Below, one piece after another: positions 24,877 through 31,005 of a DNA stretch of 31,005 nucleotides. Within the stretch, counting starts at the first letter, position 1; the number at the start of each line of letters is the position of its first letter. Made by a program: the position numbers and the translations under genes. The stretch spans positions 1-31,005 of IMG/VR virus record IMGVR_UViG_3300033564_000222; one strand, written 5' to 3'. The notes beneath the pieces were generated by a model. The model saw nothing but the letters and a program-made list of their open reading frames with translations. It ran no database searches and was not told the DNA's origin. The DNA is from a virus. Lineage: Duplodnaviria; Caudoviricetes.

Positions 24877-25841
24877 AGGTTTTTCTCCTGAATTTTTTCT
24901 AATAATATTTCAACATCTACGAGGTACTTTTCGCCATCAGCGTTAAACACATATTCGCTGCCTTTTGGCACGGTGTTTTTATCATCTTTTCTTACGTAGC
25001 TTGGGTAATCAATTGTAAGTTGTTTCGCGTCTTCTTTTGTTGGGTTGGCTTCTTTTTTCCTCTCTTTAATGACTTTAATCGGCATCAGTGTATTGCGATA
25101 AAAGTCATAACCAAGTGGTTTAAAGATAGCTTTGATTTTTTCTATTAATTCATTATAAACTGTCCCTGCTTGGGTGCCATTTTCCAATGCTTTTTGGCTA
25201 TCCATCCAAAACTGAACTAATTCATTCGCTTTTTTTGGACTGCCCCCAACTTGAGTCACGGCATCGACAAAAGATTGAGCTATATCGTTGCTCATAATTG
25301 TAGCCAACATCTCCGCTTTTTCGTAAGATATGCCCAAATGTTTTGCAATTGATTGAGGAATTTTAAGCGGTTTATCGAGATTAATACCCAGCTTTTCCGT
25401 TAAGGCAAAAACGGCATTATCTACGTCGTTTGCTGTGAAGTTAACTCCTTTTAACATTTTAAGTTGCGACAAGTGGCTCAATTTTTGCTTGTACTCCGAA
25501 TATTCGCGTCCTTTTATTGCTTCATTTTTTACTCTTTGGAGGTTGAAAGCTAATAAAAGATAGTCGCAAAAATCACGGTTTGGGGCAGAGTCAATTATAC
25601 AAGGCAATTCTGCAATGTTGTTTAGTTGTGCCGCTTTCAACCTACGGTGACCAGAGAGAAGAGTATAGCGCTTTTCTACATCAGGGTAAGGTAGCTTTGA
25701 TTCGACGACGTGGAGAGGCTCCAAAATGCCAAATTTAGCAATGGATTCTTTAAACGACTCGTCAATATCAGGTTCGCCATAAATTGAACTGTTTATCGGA
25801 TTTACTTCTATTTCATCAATGTTGATTAAGATAGCTTCCAT
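24858..25841 (-). CDS. ParB/Srx N-terminal domain protein
   Basis: IDEIEVNPIN, SIAKFGILEPL.V and YTLLSGHRRLKAA (GxRR) motifs. Confidence 0.85.
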   Translation of the reverse strand: MEAILINIDEIEVNPINSSIYGEPDIDESFKESIAKFGILEPLHVVESKLPYPDVEKRYTLLSGHRRLKAAQLNNIAELPCIIDSAPNRDFCDYLLLAFNLQRVKNEAIKGREYSEYKQKLSHLSQLKMLKGVNFTANDVDNAVFALTEKLGINLDKPLKIPQSIAKHLGISYEKAEMLATIMSNDIAQSFVDAVTQVGGSPKKANELVQFWMDSQKALENGTQAGTVYNELIEKIKAIFKPLGYDFYRNTLMPIKVIKERKKEANPTKEDAKQLTIDYPSYVRKDDKNTVPKGSEYVFNADGEKYLVDVEILLEKIQEKNLWKKLL

Positions 25842-25843
25842 GC

Positions 25844-26383
25844 TTATTCCACCTCGATCGCATTTTTAATTTCATATTGGAAGATCTCATCTTGAGTGAT
25901 TTCCAAGCCCATTGCTGACAATTCAGAATCGGATATTTCGCCACCTTTTTGGCATGCTAAAATGGCATCTTTATCCATTTCAATTTTAGTTCTTAAAAAG
26001 GTTTTTGCCCAAGTTACTGATTTTTCGATTAATCCAACAGCGGCTTTAATTGTGATGCCTTTTAGAGTTGACACCTTCGGAGGTGTTTGTCGGAAAAAGA
26101 CCGACCCATGTTTTAAATCAACGGATTTTTTCTTGCCAAATTCTTCCCTGTTTTCTTCGCAATAGGTTTTAATTGATTTTTCGATAATAGCTTTTTGCTC
26201 TCTCATTGGAGCTGTTTTTGCGGTTACTTCATTCCGTAATTGTTGTTCGGTTTCATTATATTGGTTTTCAATCAACATAATTTTTGCGTCTAATTGAGAT
26301 ATTTCAAACAACGCACCATCAACTTCATTAAGTGATGAGAATTCGATTGGTTTTGGTTCTGCGACCTTTGTTCTTTTAGCCAT
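25844..26383 (-). CDS. gam: Mu Gam-like host-nuclease inhibitor (DNA end-binding)
   Basis: YCEENREEFGKKKSVDLKHGSVFFRQTPPKV, LRTK.EMDKDAIL and GL.I.Q.E.F motifs. Start MAKRTK at 26383. Confidence 0.88.
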   Translation of the reverse strand: MAKRTKVAEPKPIEFSSLNEVDGALFEISQLDAKIMLIENQYNETEQQLRNEVTAKTAPMREQKAIIEKSIKTYCEENREEFGKKKSVDLKHGSVFFRQTPPKVSTLKGITIKAAVGLIEKSVTWAKTFLRTKIEMDKDAILACQKGGEISDSELSAMGLEITQDEIFQYEIKNAIEVE

Positions 26384-26720
26384 TTTGTAGCCCATAATTA
26401 AGTTTAACATTCAGATCTTTAATTTCAGCTCTTAACGCGTTGTTTTCTGTCAACGCACGATACAAAAAGATGTCTTTGCTTTCCATTGTTACGCAGTAGC
26501 GTATTAATTCAGCTTTTGGATTGATAATTAACCACTCAATAGTGTCGATGACCTTGTTCAGCTGTGAATGTAACTCCGCACCAATCGCAGAAGCATCTTC
26601 GCCGCCGATGTAAACCCAACTGTTGAATTTTTTTTCAAGCAATTTTAACATCCTTAACTGCCTTTTAAGATTGTTTTTAGCGATTTCATTTCGCTCGGAT
26701 GTCATTACAATCTCTTCCAT
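26376..26720 (-). CDS. Hypothetical protein
   Basis: 114 aa, TAATG-coupled in the early operon. Confidence 0.6.
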   Translation of the reverse strand: MEEIVMTSERNEIAKNNLKRQLRMLKLLEKKFNSWVYIGGEDASAIGAELHSQLNKVIDTIEWLIINPKAELIRYCVTMESKDIFLYRALTENNALRAEIKDLNVKLNYGLQNG

Positions 26721-27373
26721 TAGTTTACCCTCGTTTGCAAATCGTTTTGCAAATTCGTTTTATTTGTTTGGACGACATTCAGCATTTGACCAGCCCTAAC
26801 GGTTAGGTACTGTAATTGCTCGATTGATGCGTCGCTCCAGTAGAATTTTGTAGTGTCTTTGATGCGTTGTTTGAGCATGCCTTCTATTAGCCATTTGTTT
26901 AGAAGCGGGTTCACGAAAGTTGCAAAAAGGCGGTTGCGAACTCGCTCTGGCAATTGGTTTGCTCTAAATTTTTCTTGCATCCAATTTCGGAGAGCATTCC
27001 CGGAAAGAGTATGCCCTTCGATGATGTATTCCCAGCTGTCATAATTTTGATTAAGCAAAGTCATTTCAAGAGTGATTGCCATAAGTTTTGCAACCAATCT
27101 ATCATGCTTTTGTTTGGCTGTTTCGCTGTCTTTATACGTCCTTTGCCTATCTTCTTGACGTTGGAGCATTGCAGATATAAGATGATTTGCTTGCTTTTCT
27201 GTTAACTGGCTATAATGCTCAATTTTAGGATATAGAGAAGTCATAAAGCTATCTCTAACTATTTTTACAGTGTCCGAATTGCTTCGCTCGTGTGGCAAAA
27301 CAAGAGCTTGAGCTGCATAATATAGTTTTTTGCGTTGCTCTGGTGTAATGTAATTTTCTGTTAATACTGACAT
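26720..27373 (-). CDS. GemA/gp16 (DUF1018)-like protein
   Basis: ITPEQRKKLY...HYSQLTEKQANHLISAM pattern, in a Mu-like early region. Confidence 0.5.
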   Translation of the reverse strand: MSVLTENYITPEQRKKLYYAAQALVLPHERSNSDTVKIVRDSFMTSLYPKIEHYSQLTEKQANHLISAMLQRQEDRQRTYKDSETAKQKHDRLVAKLMAITLEMTLLNQNYDSWEYIIEGHTLSGNALRNWMQEKFRANQLPERVRNRLFATFVNPLLNKWLIEGMLKQRIKDTTKFYWSDASIEQLQYLTVRAGQMLNVVQTNKTNLQNDLQTRVN

Positions 27374-27381
27374 AACCTCAC

Positions 27382-27798
27382 CTATCCAATTAATGCCTTA
27401 ATATCAGCATCGATTATTTCACCGTTCGCTTCCATCAACTGCATTTCTTCGTATATGCCGTCGAATTTAGCTAAACAAGCATTATATTCGCTTTCATTAG
27501 TACGTAGTTCAGCTTTTAATGCGTCAAGTGTTTTCATCGGTTCAGAAGCGGCTAAGGCTTGTTTAAATTCAGCTTTTTTAGCCTTAACATCTGTTTCAAT
27601 TTCTTGTATCAATTTAGCTTGATATGTAGTAACTGCTGATAATTGTCCTAAATTCATTAGAACGTTTTGGATAAAGTCTTTTTTTGACTTTGGCAAGCTA
27701 TTGGCTTTTTCAAGTGCTTCTTGTAGCTTTTGTGGCGAATATGAAGCTTTTGTTTGCACTGGCACAATGGCTTGATAATTTTTTGGGCGACGTCCCAT
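27382..27798 (-). CDS. Coiled-coil hypothetical protein occupying the MuB position
   Basis: 138 aa, helical, with an N-terminal GRRPK basic motif and no Walker A/B. Confidence 0.65.
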   Translation of the reverse strand: MGRRPKNYQAIVPVQTKASYSPQKLQEALEKANSLPKSKKDFIQNVLMNLGQLSAVTTYQAKLIQEIETDVKAKKAEFKQALAASEPMKTLDALKAELRTNESEYNACLAKFDGIYEEMQLMEANGEIIDADIKALIG

Positions 27799-27800
27799 AG

Positions 27801-29744
27801 TTATAACTCCTTAAGTTGGGTTTGAATTTTAGACCTCAACTCTCTTAATTTAGAAAAATTTGATTTAACTGGTTGGATTGCATTTGTGATTGAAGTTGAT
27901 TCTACTAATTGCTTTGATGCTTTGTTGATGTCGTTACCAGAAGCGTCTTGAGCATCTGACAATTGATTAATCCAGCCTTTGCCGTCAATCAAATTGCGGG
28001 GGGAATCAACGGCAATAGGCAGGATCTTTGAGGAAGATTTTTTGATAACATCGTCAAGTTGGCGATTCGCTGTTTCTCTGATTTTACGAGACTCTTTGCG
28101 GAACTCTTCCGATTCGGCTAAGCTTTCAGCGATGTAATTTTTAAAGATGCCAATAAATTCTGGGTTGGCTCTATTATCAGCTCTCATAACAAGGTATTGA
28201 CCTTCATACCCTGGCAAATTACAAGGCATGACAGCAACTTTATGAGATATTAAATTGGAAGTGATTGCATCGCTAACTATATTGACATTTTGACCATCAA
28301 TAGTGCAGGTTAAACGATGGCGATTTTTAATAGTAATAAGATTTTTTTGAGATGTCCTATTTGGCTGTGCAAAGTATATGATGTTTGCATAACGTTCAGC
28401 ATTAAGCTGAGGGAGCATCCTGTCGTTATTGTGATTGTAATGATCAAAAGCTTCTGCAATTGTGGGTTGGAAGCCGTGGCGGCGGCTAACTTTGCCAAAA
28501 ATCGATATGCGAGGACGGTTCACGAAGGTTTCATAGAGCCAATTCCAAAGCATAAACCAATAATCTTCGTATTTTGTCAATTGCAAATCTAAAGGGAGAT
28601 TAGTTACGTTTGTTAAGTTAAAATAAGGCATTGCTGCACGAGTGAGAGTGACCGCTTCTTGACGTGATCCGCCTTGGTATTGCTTAGGGAAGTAAACCGC
28701 ATCAAATTCATCTTTTACAAGTCTAAATTGGCGTTCAATCATAGCTTTCCCTGCAAAGCGAGGCACGTGAGGCACGTTGTGGACTATTGGCGACGGAGGA
28801 CAACCGAAAAGTTGTGTAATCCAAGTTTGATTTTTGAAATTCATCAACTCTTCATCGGTATAAAGTGATTTTATAACTCCTTCGACATTCGCATTTTTCA
28901 TTGCTTGTGAATTTTCAATAACCCAAACGGTGTTAGGGTATAGCCCATATTGGAATGCGACTAATAAAATTCCACGAGCGACAGCTTCAGTCGTGATTTC
29001 ATCGCAAGGCATATAAAGTAACGGATAACGAGTTAAACCATCGATGAATGCCAAGCCTTTGGTCATAATCGCTTGACCGTTTTTATCAACCCAGGCATCA
29101 CGCTTAAAGTCATCGATTACAATTATACGACCGGCACCATAACCATCACCTGCTAACCCCGCAGATTCGAGCATCGCGAAATAATCATAACGTGGCACAG
29201 CTTCTGAAAGATCACTTTGGTTTCTTTTCATGTTGCGTTGGCGGATGTCTTCCCAGTTGCCGTCAGGATCAGAAAAGAAGACGCCTTTTATATCGCGATG
29301 GCGTTCAGATCGTTTAATTGCTTTGTAAAATCTTGTTGGGTCCGCATCGTTGAAGCCTTCTATTTGCAAATTGTTGCAAATTATCTCACATATCAATTTA
29401 AGATTAGCTTGGCTGTGGTTTATGTAAGATTCTTTTATCTTTTGGACCCCGACGCCCCAAGTTTTTTCGCTTATGCTTCTTGGTTTTGATTTGTCTGACC
29501 GTTCGGACCGTTTAGCAATAGATGCTGAAGTCGTTTGCACTGGTAGCATACTGTTGTATCCCCATAATGTTAATGCGTCGAAAGAATATAAGGATGTTGA
29601 TCTACCTCTTCCTGATGGAGATGGTATGCCATACATAAAGTAGTCATCAATGCCGATTTTTTCGCGAACATTCTTAACATTGATGCCTACAATGTCCGCT
29701 ATCTGCATAGGAGTTAACCCATCTTTATATTGTGATTTAATCAT
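27801..29744 (-). CDS. MuA-like DDE transposase
   Basis: N-terminal HTH (LTPMQIADIVGI...GRG...LY...L), RSERSDKSKPR linker, and RNase H core IVIDD, FIDGLTR, G.YP...IEN, KAMIERQF. Confidence 0.88.
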   Translation of the reverse strand: MIKSQYKDGLTPMQIADIVGINVKNVREKIGIDDYFMYGIPSPSGRGRSTSLYSFDALTLWGYNSMLPVQTTSASIAKRSERSDKSKPRSISEKTWGVGVQKIKESYINHSQANLKLICEIICNNLQIEGFNDADPTRFYKAIKRSERHRDIKGVFFSDPDGNWEDIRQRNMKRNQSDLSEAVPRYDYFAMLESAGLAGDGYGAGRIIVIDDFKRDAWVDKNGQAIMTKGLAFIDGLTRYPLLYMPCDEITTEAVARGILLVAFQYGLYPNTVWVIENSQAMKNANVEGVIKSLYTDEELMNFKNQTWITQLFGCPPSPIVHNVPHVPRFAGKAMIERQFRLVKDEFDAVYFPKQYQGGSRQEAVTLTRAAMPYFNLTNVTNLPLDLQLTKYEDYWFMLWNWLYETFVNRPRISIFGKVSRRHGFQPTIAEAFDHYNHNNDRMLPQLNAERYANIIYFAQPNRTSQKNLITIKNRHRLTCTIDGQNVNIVSDAITSNLISHKVAVMPCNLPGYEGQYLVMRADNRANPEFIGIFKNYIAESLAESEEFRKESRKIRETANRQLDDVIKKSSSKILPIAVDSPRNLIDGKGWINQLSDAQDASGNDINKASKQLVESTSITNAIQPVKSNFSKLRELRSKIQTQLKEL

Positions 29745-29749
29745 GTGGT

Positions 29750-29956
29750 TTAATTTGATGTTACTAATTTGTTAAATTCAGATCTTGTTTCATTTCGTAC
29801 ACGTAGCTCATCTACTACATCCGCGAGGTATTTGTTTGAACCTCTTTTTATGCTGTTATAAACTGTTACAGGTGCGGCACCTCTATTTGTAGCAACTTTT
29901 AGAAGTACACCTTTATATTCGCCTTTGCGAAAATCAACGTTCTTTAAGTTTTCCAT
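29750..29956 (-). CDS. Ner/Cro-like HTH regulator
   Basis: 68 aa with HTH (LLKVATNRGAAPVTVYNSIKRG), first gene of the early operon, divergent from the repressor. Confidence 0.68.
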   Translation of the reverse strand: MENLKNVDFRKGEYKGVLLKVATNRGAAPVTVYNSIKRGSNKYLADVVDELRVRNETRSEFNKLVTSN

Positions 29957-29991
29957 ACGTTTTAAATTTTAAATGTTAAACAATTACAATT

Positions 29992-30023
29992 CAAAATTAA
30001 ATATTTATTTTGAATTAACCAAA
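29992..30023 (-). promoter_or_regulatory. Early promoter (Pe-like), Bacteroidota consensus
   Basis: TTTG (30023..30020)-N20-TAATTTTG (29999..29992). Overlapped by a 10-bp inverted repeat AATTCAAAAT (29988..29997) / ATTTTGAATT (30007..30016), a candidate operator. Confidence 0.65.
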
Positions 30024-30122
30024 TATTATTTGTAAAAAACCAAGAAAAATTTGTATTTAGCAAAGAATTATTTGCTTTTGGCAAATTGTGTATTAATTAA
30101 TTTCATATTTAACAAACTTTTA

Positions 30123-30153
30123 TTTGACTTTTTGAAATATTTATATATTTTTG
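30123..30153 (+). promoter_or_regulatory. Repressor promoter (Pc-like), Bacteroidota consensus
   Basis: TTTG (30123..30126)-N19-TATTTTTG (30146..30153). Confidence 0.62.
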
Positions 30154-30178
30154 CATATTGTTAATTTTATTAAAAAAA

Positions 30179-30574
30179 ATGAGTATTCATAAAAGAATTG
30201 TTGAGTTTGCAGAAAAGCGATACGGTAGTGTTGGGAAGCTGCAAAAAAAGGTAGAAGAAATATCCGGCAAAACGCAAGATATGTTTCGATTTACGAATGG
30301 GGTGAAGCCCAGCACGGTAATGCTACTATATTTACAAGAAGCTGGATGCAATATTAATTGGCTGCTAACAGGGGCTGTTTATAATAAAGGGGAATATCCA
30401 GAATATGATCCTGGTGGAGAGACTATAATCGGATTAAAGAATGAAATTGAGATACAGAAGCGGGTCCAAGACAATCAGAATAAAGTGATAATAGAAATGT
30501 TGTCTAATTTGGTTGCCAACACTCATGATGATTTGAAATTAATAAAAGAGAGTGTTGGAAAAAATGCCAAATAA
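30179..30574 (+). CDS. Phage repressor (XRE-type HTH, no S24 peptidase domain)
   Basis: Start MSIHKR at 30179. KPS...L...GCNINWLLTG HTH signature, coiled-coil C-terminus, divergent from the Ner-like gene. Confidence 0.8.
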   Translation: MSIHKRIVEFAEKRYGSVGKLQKKVEEISGKTQDMFRFTNGVKPSTVMLLYLQEAGCNINWLLTGAVYNKGEYPEYDPGGETIIGLKNEIEIQKRVQDNQNKVIIEMLSNLVANTHDDLKLIKESVGKNAK

Positions 30575-30577
30575 AAA

Positions 30578-30845
30578 CGTATTAAACGTATTAAATTATG
30601 GTTGTTTTGTGTTTGCGAATTGCCAAAATAAAGCGTATTATAACGTATTTAATTGATGATTATCGCGTATTAAACGTATTTTTGTTATTAATCCTTTTTT
30701 GTAACCAAATTAACGTATTTAATTCTTATCCTATTTGTAGTCGCCATATTTAATTGTAAATGCTCTTTTAATTTACAAAGGAAATATGTGTTGATTGAAA
30801 AAATGTTATTGCTTGGTTATATAGTAGTTTGGCAACGTGCGTATT
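30578..30845 (+). repeat. CGTATT repeat array near the repressor-side end
   Basis: CGTATT at 30578, 30587, 30634, 30644, 30666, 30675, 30714 and 30840. Confidence 0.85.
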
Positions 30846-30919
30846 AAATAAAATTCCCAAATAATGACCAAAACGCCCATAAAAACAGGACGAAACAAAA
30901 TTTATTAGAATACTTCTTT

Positions 30920-30935
30920 AATTTGGTAAAAAACA
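30920..30935 (-). repeat. Repressor-side phage end (terminal inverted repeat)
   Basis: - strand TGTTTTTTACCAAATT matches 363..378 at 14/16 positions. Confidence 0.8.
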
Positions 30936-31005
30936 ATATTGTTAATTTTATTAAAAAAAATGAGTATTCATAAAAGAATTGTTGAGTTTGCAGAAAAGCG
31001 ATACG
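30936..31005 (+). repeat. Exact 70-bp copy of 30155..30224 (repressor 5' region) joined to the CA end
   Basis: ATATTGTTAATTTT...GAAAAGCGATACG is identical in both places. The match begins immediately after CA at 30934-30935. Confidence 0.95.

Larger units (their letters stand above)
363..30935. mobile_element. Complete Mu-like transposable phage genome (siphovirus-type tail), 30,573 bp
   Basis: Starts TG at 363 and ends CA at 30934-30935, with a 14/16-bp terminal inverted repeat. Contains a MuA-like transposase, Ner-like/repressor pair, Gam, MuF, DUF935-type portal, TerL, capsid and tape measure. Confidence 0.88.

Noticed and set aside
518-29489. Many opposite-strand or nested ORFs in the track (e.g. 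5981..6259, 10836..11273, 19055..19519, 23770..24111)
   Set aside because: They are shadows of well-supported, translationally coupled genes and lack RBSs or motifs.
30754-30778. TTGTAAAT/ATTTACAA inverted repeat with CA as the phage end
   Set aside because: No similarity to the opposite end. The CA at 30935 matches the TIR and coincides with a sequence junction.
30575-30850. CRISPR array or iteron origin
   Set aside because: Repeats are only 6-15 bp with irregular spacing, and there are no cas or rep genes.
363-30935. Alternative genetic code
   Set aside because: Genes tile densely under the standard code, and TAA, TAG and TGA all serve as stops.

Overview
The window holds what appears to be one complete 30,573-bp Mu-like transposable phage genome, 363..30935. 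It is bounded by 5'-TG...CA-3' termini with 16-bp imperfect terminal inverted repeats (TGTTTATTACCAAAAT / TGTTTTTTACCAAATT). From right to left it carries: a repressor; a divergent early operon (Ner-like, MuA-type transposase, GemA-like, Gam, ParB-like, Ogr-like zinc finger, MuF, DnaA-domain-IV protein); a small membrane-protein cassette; a + strand packaging operon (gp36/gp37-like, TerS, TerL, DUF935-type portal, gpG-like); and a divergent - strand operon (scaffold, capsid, fibres, lysis, siphovirus tail). Promoters match the Bacteroidota-type TAnnTTTG consensus. Main oddities: (1) no MuB ATPase is visible; (2) the right CA end is joined to a copy of the phage's own repressor 5' region, which looks like self-insertion; (3) the transposase has Glu at the second catalytic Asp position; (4) two back-to-back late promoters share one exactly centred palindrome; (5) the tail chaperone has a +1 UUU_CGU frameshift site; (6) small genes sit between duplicated translation-start junctions. 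The left flank is a host-like lipoprotein gene interrupted at the phage end. All protein calls come from motif recognition and gene order, not database searches.
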